From: Candidatus Methylomirabilia bacterium
GTDB lineage: Bacteria > Methylomirabilota > Methylomirabilia > Rokubacteriales > CSP1-6
Assembly: GCA_041499965.1 (NCBI GenBank)
Contig: JBGQLG010000006.1
Location: 2,947 to 66,946 of the forward strand
Length of the DNA: 64,000 nucleotides
Direction of reading: 5' to 3'
The notes beneath the pieces were generated by a model. It was not told the origin of the DNA, did no database searches, and saw only the letters and a list, made by a program, of their open reading frames with translations. A program made the position numbers and the translations under genes. This document shows, in pieces, positions 55,782 through 64,000 of this stretch; within the stretch, counting starts at the first letter, position 1, and every line of letters begins with the position of its first letter.

Positions 55782-57053
55782 CTATCCGCCCAGCACCCGG
55801 CGCCACTGGTGCTCGAGCTCGGCCAGCGGCAGTCCGTACACCGCCGACACCGCCGTCGAGATGCTCTCGCCGCCGCCCAGCCGCCCCATCAGGCGCCGCA
55901 TGGCCGGCATGCCGCCGCGATCGAGCAGATCCTGCACCACCCACAGCGCGATGTCGTAGCCGGTGCGGGCGCGCGCGGGGTCGGCGTCGCCCAGCAGCTC
56001 CTCCAGGCCGGCCAGCGTGGGCCGTCCCGGCACCCGCAGCATCGGATCCGGCGTCGTGCCCTCCAGCGCCTGGGCGAGGCCCTCGTGGAGCCAGCGCGGG
56101 GCCCGGCCGCGGGCGAGGTCGTGGATCGTCGCGTGGGCGTACTCGTGCACCAGGATGCGCTCCAGCTCGCGCCGTGACGGCAGCGCGCCGCCGGCGGGCA
56201 GCCGGATCTTGCCGTCGAACAGGCCGGTGACCCAGCCGTGCACGCGGGCCACGTCCTGGAACTGGGCGGCGTCGTAGAGGACGACGGTGACGCGCTCGCG
56301 GGGGGCCTCGCCGAGCTGCGCGATCACGCGCTCGCGGGCCGTGCCGAGCCCGGCCAGCAGCGCACGCCGCGCGTCGGCGTCACCGGCGGCGCGCCACTTC
56401 ACCACGAAGTGCGGCGTGACCTCGCGGTGAAATCCCGCCTCGGCGCGCGCCTCGCGCTCGATCTTGTCGAGCAGTCGCCGCGCCGCCTCGTGGTCGGGGG
56501 TCGCCGCCAGGACGGTGCGCAGGTGCTCGAGGGCGTGCCCGGCATCGTCGCGCCGATCGTAGAGATGCGCGAGCAGCAGCCGCACCTCGGCGTCGGCGTC
56601 CGCCCGCGCCGCCGCCTCCAGCGGCGCCAGCGCCTCGTCGGCGCGCCCGGCGTGCACCGCCGCCAGGCCGAGCCCGCGCAGCAGCGCCGGGGCGTCGGGG
56701 CGCTGGCGCAGCCCCTGCCGGAAGAGAAGCATCGCCTCCTCCGGACGGCCCTGTCGCAGGGTGTCCCAGCCCCAGCCCTCGAAGCAGCGCGCGACGTCTT
56801 CCCGGCGGGCCGCGCTGGCCGGCTCGTCCTCCCAGGCCTGGCTGAACCGCTCGCACGCGCGCGGGAACTGTCCCGCCGCATAGAGCCGGATCGCCTCGTC
56901 GGTCAGCGCCGTCAGCTTCCGGGCCGGCGTCGCCGGCAGCCGCGGCACGTCGGGGGACCCGGGTGCGCGGGCTCCCCACCACGTCCCGGCTCCGACCACG
57001 ACGAGCACGGCGACGAAGAGGACGAGGGTGGACAGGCTGCGAGGGCGACGCAT
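55782..57053 (-). CDS. membrane-anchored TPR-repeat protein with C-terminal HExxH (peptidase MA-like) domain
   Basis: ATG 57053 (MRRPRSLSTLVLFVAVLVVVGAG signal anchor) lies 10 nt after the accB stop. TPR-like repeats are followed by ...ILVHEYAHATIHDL...WLHEGLAQ. The track ORF extends to 57152. Confidence 0.65.
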   Translation of the reverse strand: MRRPRSLSTLVLFVAVLVVVGAGTWWGARAPGSPDVPRLPATPARKLTALTDEAIRLYAAGQFPRACERFSQAWEDEPASAARREDVARCFEGWGWDTLRQGRPEEAMLLFRQGLRQRPDAPALLRGLGLAAVHAGRADEALAPLEAAARADADAEVRLLLAHLYDRRDDAGHALEHLRTVLAATPDHEAARRLLDKIEREARAEAGFHREVTPHFVVKWRAAGDADARRALLAGLGTARERVIAQLGEAPRERVTVVLYDAAQFQDVARVHGWVTGLFDGKIRLPAGGALPSRRELERILVHEYAHATIHDLARGRAPRWLHEGLAQALEGTTPDPMLRVPGRPTLAGLEELLGDADPARARTGYDIALWVVQDLLDRGGMPAMRRLMGRLGGGESISTAVSAVYGLPLAELEHQWRRVLGG

Positions 57054-57063
57054 GCGGCGCCGC

Positions 57064-57564
57064 TCAGGACTGCGGGTCGATGAGGAACAGGGGTTGGCCG
57101 TACTCGACCGCGTGCGCGTTTTCGGCCAGGATCCGGGCGACGCGCCCGCCAATCTTGGACTCGATCTCGTTCATGAGCTTCATCGCCTCGATGATGCAGA
57201 GCACCTGGCCTTCCTTCACCACGTCGCCTTCCTGCACGTAGGGGTCGGCCGTGGGCGAGGATGCCCGGTAGAAGGTGCCGACCATCGGGGCCTCCACGGT
57301 GATCAGAGCCGGCGACGCCGTGTCGGCGACCGGCGGCCGCTCGTCCCCCCCGGCGGCCGGTGCCGTCGACGAGATGGGCGCCGGCGTCGGAGTGGGCGCG
57401 GCGGAGCGCTGCACGCGGACGCGGACGTTGGCCGACTCGACCTCGACCTCGGAGAGCCCGAGCTCGCCCAGCAGTGCCGCCAGCCGGCGGGTCAGCTCGA
57501 CCGTTCGCTCGTCGCCGGTGGGAGCGGACGGGGCCGGCGTCGTCGCGCGTCGAGCCTTGGGCAT
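57064..57564 (-). CDS. accB: acetyl-CoA carboxylase biotin carboxyl carrier protein
   Basis: An Ala/Pro linker followed by ...[14 protein letters not shown]... (biotinyl-lysine motif). Confidence 0.93.
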   Translation of the reverse strand: MPKARRATTPAPSAPTGDERTVELTRRLAALLGELGLSEVEVESANVRVRVQRSAAPTPTPAPISSTAPAAGGDERPPVADTASPALITVEAPMVGTFYRASSPTADPYVQEGDVVKEGQVLCIIEAMKLMNEIESKIGGRVARILAENAHAVEYGQPLFLIDPQS

Positions 57565-58133
57565 CAGCCCGCCACCGCCACCCGCCCGAGATATTCGCCC
57601 GTCCGAGTGTCGACCTTGACGACGTCGCCCTCGTTGAGGAACAGCGGCACCTGCACGACGACGCCCGTCTCCAGCGTGGCCGGCTTGGTGCCGCCCTGAG
57701 CGGTGTCGCCACGGACGCCGGGATCGGTGCGGCTGACCGCCAGCTCGACGAAGTTCGGCACCTCGACACCGGCCGGCGAGCCGTCGATGTAGAGCACGTC
57801 GACCACGATGTTCTCCTTCAGGTAGTCGCGGGCTTCCCCGATCTCGTCAGCCGACATCGAGACCTGCTCGTAGGTCTCGGTGTCCATGAAATTGTAACGG
57901 TCGTCCTTGTAGAGGAACTGCATGTGCTTCTCGTCGTACTCGACCAGCTCCACCTTCTCACCCGAGCGGAACGTGTTGTCGATCACCTTGCCCTGCCGCA
58001 TGTGCTTGAGCTTGGTGCGGACGAACGCGCCACCCTTGCCGGGCTTCACGTGCTGAAAATCGACGATGGTGTACGGCTGCCCATCGAAGACGATGCGCAG
58101 CCCCTTCTTGAACTCCGCGGTCGACACCACCAT
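57564..58133 (-). CDS. efp: elongation factor P
   Basis: ...[36 protein letters not shown]... is EF-P. Confidence 0.96.
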   Translation of the reverse strand: MVVSTAEFKKGLRIVFDGQPYTIVDFQHVKPGKGGAFVRTKLKHMRQGKVIDNTFRSGEKVELVEYDEKHMQFLYKDDRYNFMDTETYEQVSMSADEIGEARDYLKENIVVDVLYIDGSPAGVEVPNFVELAVSRTDPGVRGDTAQGGTKPATLETGVVVQVPLFLNEGDVVKVDTRTGEYLGRVAVAG

Positions 58134-58139
58134 GACGTC

Positions 58140-58862
58140 TCACCCTCTCCGTCGTGAACGGGCTCGTAGCGCGGCCTCGAGCCGCTCCCGCGCCTCGGCA
58201 TTGTCAGGCGACCGCCGGACGACCCGGGTCAGGACGAGCGCGGCCTCGTCGGCCAAGCCCTGCTCCAGGCACAGCGTGCCGAAGGAGAGCGTGGCGAACG
58301 TGTCGTCACCCAGCACCCGGGCCAGGCCGCTGGCATCCACGGGAGCGGCCGGGCCGGAGCGCAGCAGCGACAAAAGCGCGGTCGACTCGCGATCTCCGGG
58401 ATCCAGGCCGACGGCCTTTTCGAGGTAGGCCACGGCGGCGTCGATGTGGCCCGCGCGTCGATGCACCTCGGCGGCCAGACGGTGACATTGTACGTCCTTC
58501 GGGCTCGTCTGGAGAATCACGTTGACCTCGGCCAGCGCGGGCTCCAGCTGCCCCTCGGCCAGCAGCGTCTTGGCCAGGATCAGCCGGGCGGTCGTGTAGT
58601 GCGGCCAGCGCTGCAGCCCCTGGCGGCAGAGCCCGATGGCGTCGGCGGTGCGGCCGGCCTTGCGATAGAGATCGGCGAGCTGGGCGAAGGCGAGCGATTC
58701 GGGGTCGCGCGCCAGCCGTTCCTCGTGCCGGCGGATGGCGTCGGCGAGGCCGCGATCGTCGCTCACGGTGTCTGCTCGTGCGAGGTCCGGAGCGTCCCCG
58801 CCATCGGCATGGCTCGGACTATACGGATGCGTCGTTTTCATTGTCAACGGGCCCGCCGTCAC
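58140..58862 (-). CDS. TPR repeat protein
   Basis: 240 aa with repeated ...A...Y.KAG....A......AL...P... 34-mer pattern. It overlaps the aroB stop by 4 nt. Confidence 0.65.
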   Translation of the reverse strand: MTAGPLTMKTTHPYSPSHADGGDAPDLARADTVSDDRGLADAIRRHEERLARDPESLAFAQLADLYRKAGRTADAIGLCRQGLQRWPHYTTARLILAKTLLAEGQLEPALAEVNVILQTSPKDVQCHRLAAEVHRRAGHIDAAVAYLEKAVGLDPGDRESTALLSLLRSGPAAPVDASGLARVLGDDTFATLSFGTLCLEQGLADEAALVLTRVVRRSPDNAEARERLEAALRARSRRRG

Positions 58863-59947
58863 GAGCCGGCCAGATCGTGCAGCGCCGCGCGGATCTGGGC
58901 CGGCGGCACGTCGTAGACCACCCGGAACTCGCCGAGCCGAGGGGCGAGCACGAACGGCACGCGACCATCGCGGGCCTTCTTGTCGTGGGTGATCGCCGTC
59001 AGCACCGCCTCCAGGTCGATTCCCCCGGCCCGGACCGGCAACCCGAGCCGCGCCAGCAGCTGCTCCTGCCGGGTCACGGTGGCGTCGGCCGCCAGGTCGA
59101 GACGGCGGGCGAGGTGGGCCTCCGCGACGATCCCGAGCGAGACCGCCTCGCCGTGCGTCCAGCGTGCGTAGCCTGTCGCGGCCTCGAGCGCGTGACCGAT
59201 GGTGTGGCCGTAGTTGAGGGCGAAGCGCAGCTCGGTCTTCTCCTCGGGATCGCGCTCGATGACCGACGCCTTCAGGCGGCAGGAGCCGCCGATGATCCGT
59301 TCGAGCACGTCCAGCCGGCGCGCCAGCAGCGCCGCGGCGTCACGCTCCACCTCCTCGAAGTAGCGCTGCTCCAGCACGATCCCGTGCTTGACGATCTCGG
59401 CCAGCCCCGAGCGCAGCTCACGCTCGGGCAGGGTGGTGACGACGACCGGGTCCACGACGACGAGCCGCGGCTGGTGGAAGGCGCCGATCAGGTTCTTGGC
59501 CCTGGGATGGTCGATGGCCGTCTTGCCTCCGATCGAGGCGTCGACCTGGGCCAGGACCGTCGTCGGGAGCGTCACGAAGTTCATGCCTCGCATGTATGTC
59601 GCCGCGACGAAGCCGGCCAGGTCACCGACCGCTCCGCCGCCGAGGCCGAGGATCGTCGAGCTGCGATCGAGACCGGCTGCCAGCACGCGGTCCCAGCAGT
59701 GCTCGGCGACGGCCAGCGTCTTGGCGGCCTCACCCTCGGGGATCTCGAGCACGGTCACGGCAAAGCCGGCCCGCTCGAGGCTGGCGGCGACCGTACCGCC
59801 GTGCAGCCGCATGATGGCCGCGTCGGTGACGAGCGCCGCCCGGCGGCCGACGCCCAGGCCACGCAGCCGCTCGCCCACGCCGGCGAGCGCGCCGGCTTCG
59901 ACGACGATCGAGTAGGAGTGGATGCCGAGGTCGACGGAAACGATCAT
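58859..59947 (-). CDS. aroB: 3-dehydroquinate synthase
   Basis: ...LGLGGGAVGDLAGFVAATYMRGMNFVTLPTT.LAQVDASIGGKT...LNYGHTIGHALE is AroB. Confidence 0.93.
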   Translation of the reverse strand: MIVSVDLGIHSYSIVVEAGALAGVGERLRGLGVGRRAALVTDAAIMRLHGGTVAASLERAGFAVTVLEIPEGEAAKTLAVAEHCWDRVLAAGLDRSSTILGLGGGAVGDLAGFVAATYMRGMNFVTLPTTVLAQVDASIGGKTAIDHPRAKNLIGAFHQPRLVVVDPVVVTTLPERELRSGLAEIVKHGIVLEQRYFEEVERDAAALLARRLDVLERIIGGSCRLKASVIERDPEEKTELRFALNYGHTIGHALEAATGYARWTHGEAVSLGIVAEAHLARRLDLAADATVTRQEQLLARLGLPVRAGGIDLEAVLTAITHDKKARDGRVPFVLAPRLGEFRVVYDVPPAQIRAALHDLAGS

Positions 59948-59983
59948 CGGGAGCGTCAGGGTGGCGGGGCGTCGGTGCCGAGA

Positions 59984-60015
59984 GCGTCCGCCGCCTCAGG
60001 GGAGGCGGCGGACGC
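59984..60015 (-). terminator. perfect 14-bp GC stem / 4-nt loop hairpin 10 nt downstream of pilQ
   Basis: GCGTCCGCCGCCTC-AGGG-GAGGCGGCGGACGC. On the minus strand it is followed only by a weak UCUC. Confidence 0.5.
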
Positions 60016-60024
60016 GGTGACGCA

Positions 60025-62397
60025 CTACCGAGGCGTGCTCGGGATCGACGCGGTGGTGGCGTCCCGCCGGACGATCGACGGGGTGATGAAGACGACCAGC
60101 TCGGTCGAGGTGTTGCGATCGCCGCGCTGCTTGAACAGCCAGCCCAGGATCGGGATGTCGCCGAACAGCGGGACCCGGCGGACGGCCTCCTCGCTCTCGC
60201 TGTTCGTGACGCCGCCGATCACGAGCCGCTCGCCCTCCTTGATGAGGACCTGCGTCTCGGCCTTCCGCTTGTTGATGGCCGGCGGCTGACCGCCGCTGGC
60301 GCCGAGGTCGACGACGGCGCCGCGCGAGTTGTTCTCGACGAGCACCGTCATCTTGATGCGATTGATGTCGCCCTCGCGGACCACGGTCGGCGTCACCTCG
60401 AGCTTCAGCACCGCTTCCTTGAACTGGATCTGCGTCCCCGCCGAGCTGACCGTGGCGTACGGGATTTCCTCACCGAGCGAGATCGCCGCCTTGTTGTTCT
60501 CCACGGTCACGATCTCGGGCCGGGCCAGCGTGCGGGTCTTCCCCTCGCTCTTCAGGGCCTCGAGCGCGAGGTTGAGGTTCAGGCGGCTGCCCACGATGCC
60601 GAACGCGATGCCGGCCGTGCCCGCCGAGACGACGCCCGGCAGGACGGAGCCGATCGGCAGGTTGACGAGGTTGCCTCCCTGGGGAAGCCCCGTAGTGGAG
60701 CTCACCGGCAGGACGGTACCGGCGCCCGAACCGATGGTCAGATTCGGGTTCGGCAGCGTGCCGAGCCCGCTCGCCGGAATGCCACCGCTGGTGAGCGTGT
60801 TGTTCGGCACCGCCTGGCTCGTGAAGCCGCGACCCACGAGCGTCGCCTGACTGCCCGTCGCCACCCCACCCCCACCCCACTGGACACCCAGGGCGAACAG
60901 GTCGTTGCGCGCCAGGATCTCCATGCGGGCCTCGATCTTCACCTGCGGAAGCGGGATGTCCAGCTTCTCGCGGATGAGGACCTTGATCCGGTCGAGGTCG
61001 GCCTCGTAGTGGCGGATGAAGAGCGAGTTCGTGGGCTTGTGCGCCTTGATCGTGATGCCCTTGGCCAGGACGTCGATCCTTCCGATCGCCTCCAACCCCG
61101 ACATCGGACCCGGCCCGGGGGGCGTCTGGCCGGGGCCGAACAGCTGCGAGAATGGGGGAGCCGGGATCACGCCGGGCCCGGAGGTCGGAGCCGCCGGGGC
61201 CGAGCCGCCCTGCAGCCCCAGAATACCCTCGAGCGTCTTGGCGATCTCCTCGGGATCCGCGTAGGAGAGCCGGATCGTCTCCTCCCTGAGCGGACCGCGC
61301 GCAGCCTGCTCGGCCGCCGCCTGCTCGGCGGCGATCTGGCGCGCCTGCGCCTCCTGCTCCTTCAACTTGGCTTCGGCCACCTTCGTGCGGATCTCGGTCT
61401 CGGACTTGACCTTGGCTTCCTCGAGCTTGGCCCGCACCTCGCGCTCCCGGGCGAGCTGATCCTGGCTCACGATGCGGATGACACCGTCACGCTCGACCTT
61501 GACGAGGCTCTTGGCCTCCATCACGGTGTCGAGGGCCAGGTCCCAGGGAACGTTGCGTAGCGTGATCGACATCTTCCCCTTCACGTCCTCACCGATCACG
61601 ATGTTGCGCGTGCTCTCGGCGGCGAGGATACGCAGGAGGTTGACGACGTCGGCGTCCTTGAAGTCGAGCGAGATCAGCCGCGGGCCATCGGGTACCGGCG
61701 GCGCGGCGGGTGGCGGCGGAGGCGGCGTGGCCGGGACCGCGGTCGGAGCCTGGGCCACCCGTACGGGCTCCGGGGCCTTCACCTCGGCGCTGGAGGTCGG
61801 CGAGGCGGCGGCGGCGCTCGTCGGGCTTTTCGGCGCCGTGGGCTTGGCGACGGGTGCGGGTTTCGGAGCCGGGGTCGCCGCCTTGGCTGCCGGCACCGGT
61901 TTGGCGGCGGGGATCGGCGCGGGCGCCGACGTGGCATCGGCGGCGGCGACCTGCTTGGGTGCCGTCTCGGGGAGCCGAGCGCTGGCCGCGGTCGGGATGA
62001 CGATCGCCAGCCCGTCGCTCTCCTCGCGGATGGCGTACCCCACCTTCCGGGTCAGCTCCACCACCACGCGAGCCACGCCACGGCGGTACTGGCTGCCGCG
62101 GATCTGCTTGAGTGGCTCCGTCTCCACCGCCAGAGGCGTCTTGCGCCAGCCATAGGTGGTGTCGTCGAAGTCGAGGACGAGGCGGTACGGATGGTCCACC
62201 AGCTCCGCCCGGTACTTCACCTCACCCGTCGTCTTCACGACGATCGTCACCGCATCGGCCTGCGTGGTGACGCTGACGTCGCGAAGCTCGATGCCGGGCG
62301 CCGACTGCGCATCCGCCACCGCACCGATCGGGAGGAGCAGCAGGATCACGGCAACCGCGAACGCCCGTCGCACGATACCCACCCGTTGCTTAGTCAT
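60025..62397 (-). CDS. pilQ: type IV pilus secretin PilQ (AMIN domain + Ala/Pro linker + N0/N1 + secretin domain)
   Basis: 790 aa with a signal peptide. The AMIN-like N-terminal domain is ...YRLVLDFDD...RVVVEL... The C-terminal secretin core is ...VPLFGDIPILGWLFK. Confidence 0.9.
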   Translation of the reverse strand: MTKQRVGIVRRAFAVAVILLLLPIGAVADAQSAPGIELRDVSVTTQADAVTIVVKTTGEVKYRAELVDHPYRLVLDFDDTTYGWRKTPLAVETEPLKQIRGSQYRRGVARVVVELTRKVGYAIREESDGLAIVIPTAASARLPETAPKQVAAADATSAPAPIPAAKPVPAAKAATPAPKPAPVAKPTAPKSPTSAAAASPTSSAEVKAPEPVRVAQAPTAVPATPPPPPPAAPPVPDGPRLISLDFKDADVVNLLRILAAESTRNIVIGEDVKGKMSITLRNVPWDLALDTVMEAKSLVKVERDGVIRIVSQDQLAREREVRAKLEEAKVKSETEIRTKVAEAKLKEQEAQARQIAAEQAAAEQAARGPLREETIRLSYADPEEIAKTLEGILGLQGGSAPAAPTSGPGVIPAPPFSQLFGPGQTPPGPGPMSGLEAIGRIDVLAKGITIKAHKPTNSLFIRHYEADLDRIKVLIREKLDIPLPQVKIEARMEILARNDLFALGVQWGGGGVATGSQATLVGRGFTSQAVPNNTLTSGGIPASGLGTLPNPNLTIGSGAGTVLPVSSTTGLPQGGNLVNLPIGSVLPGVVSAGTAGIAFGIVGSRLNLNLALEALKSEGKTRTLARPEIVTVENNKAAISLGEEIPYATVSSAGTQIQFKEAVLKLEVTPTVVREGDINRIKMTVLVENNSRGAVVDLGASGGQPPAINKRKAETQVLIKEGERLVIGGVTNSESEEAVRRVPLFGDIPILGWLFKQRGDRNTSTELVVFITPSIVRRDATTASIPSTPR

Positions 62398-62922
62398 CTA
62401 GTTGGCCGCCAGTTTTAGGACCACGCGGTTGGATTGAGATCCCGGCTTCGCCGAGACGGCGAAGACGACGCTGTCGGCGCCGATCTCGACCAGACGACCG
62501 TCGCCGAGCGTGTCGCCCGGCTTGAGGATGTATCCGATGCCGTCCTGGGCCTCGACGAGCGCGAGCGTGGTCCTCGCGCTCCGGACGATCCCGGTCAGCT
62601 TGGTCGTGGCGACCTCGAGTCCTTTGGGGCCGCCGGTCAGGTCGAGCGGTACGAACGGATCGCGCCGCCCCTTCGACTCGTACGACGTCCCGTCGCCCTG
62701 CGGAACCACCGGCGCCGCGACGAGCGGCGGTGTCTTGCCGGCCGGTGACGTGGGGCCCGCCTGGGGCACCGGCGTTGCGGGTGCCGCTGGGGCAGGGGGG
62801 GTCGAGGCGGCCGCGACCGGCTGGGGCGTGGACGCGGCGGGCGGTGGAGGCGGCGAGCCGCCACACGCGCCCAGCGCTGCGCACAGGCCGGCGAGACCGA
62901 CGACGGCGCTTGCCCGCGTCAC
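62398..62922 (-). CDS. pilP: type IV pilus assembly lipoprotein PilP
   Basis: Lipobox LGACGG, a Pro/Ala linker, ...GRRDPFVPL..., and a beta-domain ...LTGIV......ALVE...G..Y.LK.GD.L. The position between pilO and pilQ fits. Confidence 0.7.
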   Translation of the reverse strand: MTRASAVVGLAGLCAALGACGGSPPPPPAASTPQPVAAASTPPAPAAPATPVPQAGPTSPAGKTPPLVAAPVVPQGDGTSYESKGRRDPFVPLDLTGGPKGLEVATTKLTGIVRSARTTLALVEAQDGIGYILKPGDTLGDGRLVEIGADSVVFAVSAKPGSQSNRVVLKLAAN

Positions 62923-63572
62923 GAGCGGTCTCCGGTCGACACCGGAAGCGAGGCCCCCGGCTTGGGCGCTACCGGCGCCGCGGGGCGGGCCGGAGCCGGA
63001 GCGAGGGTCGACCGGTACATGTACGTGGCGAGTGTCATATCCGCCTTCATGGAATGCCTCGACTTACCCAGGCCTGACAGCTTGAAGTCGTTCACGGTGA
63101 CCACCCGCGGCAGCCCCGCCACCCGCTCGAAGAACTTGGCGAGCTGGTGATAGTCGCCCTCGGCGGCCAGGATGATCGGGATTTCGTTCACCACGTCCTT
63201 GGCTCGGGCCTCCCGGGGCTGGAACAGCGACACGCCCAGCCCGGCCTGCTCCGCTGCCGAGGACAGGGCGCGGTAGAGCGTCGGCGTCTCCTTCTCCGAC
63301 GGCAGCCGATCCTGCAGCAGCACCAGCCGCTTGTCGAGCTCGACCAGCTCCCGGCGGAAGCGCTCGATCTCGGCGACCTGGAGGCGGGCCTTGGTGACGT
63401 CGCCGTTCACCTTGGTCTTCTTCTGCACGAGGTCGGCGATGCGGTCCTGGACGGGTGAGATCAGGAAGAAGTAGCTGGCCGCGACGAGCGCCACCAGACC
63501 CAGCACGCCGAGGACGACCTTGGGCAGCTTGGGACCGTCGACGAAGTTCTGCAGGGGGGCAGGTAGGGCCAT
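62919..63572 (-). CDS. pilO: type IV pilus assembly protein PilO
   Basis: 217 aa with one TM segment, a coiled-coil region and a C-terminal ferredoxin-like part. Synteny pilN-pilO-pilP-pilQ. Confidence 0.7.
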   Translation of the reverse strand: MALPAPLQNFVDGPKLPKVVLGVLGLVALVAASYFFLISPVQDRIADLVQKKTKVNGDVTKARLQVAEIERFRRELVELDKRLVLLQDRLPSEKETPTLYRALSSAAEQAGLGVSLFQPREARAKDVVNEIPIILAAEGDYHQLAKFFERVAGLPRVVTVNDFKLSGLGKSRHSMKADMTLATYMYRSTLAPAPARPAAPVAPKPGASLPVSTGDRS

Positions 63573-63573
63573 C

Positions 63574-64000
63574 TCAGATCTCGATCTTGCACGTGACCTC
63601 GAAGGTCACGAGGCTGGGAGTCTTGTCGATCGCCTGCCGGGACACGACGATGTCGACGTCCTTGAACTTCCCGGACGACTTCAGGTTCGACATGAAGTCG
63701 GAGACCGCGGTCGTCGAGAAGGCCGTGCCGTTCAGCTTCAGCACCGTGTCCTTCTGTTCGAGGCCCGTGATCCACACGTCGCGGGGCACGGTGTCGATGA
63801 AGGTGTCGAGGAGGACGATCGACCGACCCTGGCCCTTCGTCAGGTCCTCCAGGATCGTGATCCGTCGCTTGACCTCGGCCAGCTGCGTCTTGACGCCGGC
63901 CCCTTCGCCGAGCGTGGTGTTGAGCGAGGCCAGTTCGCGGCTGAGCCGGTCCACGTCGGCGGTGAGCGTGGCCTCCTCGGAGAGCAACCCGTACCAGTAC
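63574..64000 (-). CDS. pilN: type IV pilus assembly protein PilN, C-terminal part (start outside window)
   Basis: The frame stays open to the window edge (...YWYGLLSEEATLTADVDRL...). ...GTAFSTTAVSDFMSNLKSSGKFKDVDIV... is the PilN-type C-terminus. Confidence 0.65.
   Translation of the reverse strand, partial: YWYGLLSEEATLTADVDRLSRELASLNTTLGEGAGVKTQLAEVKRRITILEDLTKGQGRSIVLLDTFIDTVPRDVWITGLEQKDTVLKLNGTAFSTTAVSDFMSNLKSSGKFKDVDIVVSRQAIDKTPSLVTFEVTCKIEI

Noticed and set aside
61285-61990. Ala/Pro-rich linker and Lys/Glu/Ala-rich helical segment inside PilQ, considered as a possible novel insertion.
   Set aside because: Flexible linkers after AMIN domains and a charged helical segment between the N0 and N1 domains are common in type IV pilus secretins. 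Here they are only somewhat longer.

Overview
The window is a visibly GC-rich bacterial chromosomal segment: third codon positions are almost all G/C, and the six-frame track is full of long spurious antisense ORFs. No searches or folding programs were run. All calls rest on reading the translations and motifs and on hand alignment, and coordinates for non-coding features were counted by hand.

Gene blocks:
- 1-13072 (+): a contiguous S10-end/spc/alpha ribosomal cluster, rplB' through rplQ. It includes secY, adk, map, infA and a 37-aa rpmJ that the ORF track misses.
- 13-21.6 kb (-): MFS transporter, EthD, dienelactone hydrolase, two tandem CBS-domain CorC/TlyC-type proteins, thiL, trpG, trpE and trxA.
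- 21.7-28 kb: a sigma-54 enhancer-binding response regulator, then a stand-alone FIST-like protein behind a good -24/-12 motif. A hydantoinase A/B pair follows.
- 28-48 kb: an envelope-glycan region. It holds an ArnT-like GT-C enzyme, a second polytopic TPR protein, LysE and an aminotransferase, then a long minus-strand cluster. The cluster starts from CDP-glucose (rfbF, rfbG) and carries two C-methyltransferase paralogues, two other methyltransferases, a GNAT, an SDR, a Wzx-type flippase and several GT2/GT4 enzymes.
- 48-64 kb (-): MaoC, MOSC, livFGMH plus a binding protein, thiE, accC, a TPR/HExxH protein, accB, efp, a TPR protein, aroB and pilQPO(N').

No rRNA, tRNA, CRISPR array, transposase or recognisable defence system was seen.

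Signals not explained by the genes:
1. A three-member family of 120-150 nt hairpin-forming intergenic elements. Two near-identical copies are bounded by CTAG/CTAA and short terminal inverted repeats. A divergent third copy sits inside the spc operon.
2. A 191-bp element with 46-bp, 45/46-matching inverted arms lies between two convergent genes.
3. A ~35-nt AT-richer motif is shared between the centre of that element and the region just upstream of the sigma-54 promoter.
4. The methylation-heavy CDP-sugar cluster itself.
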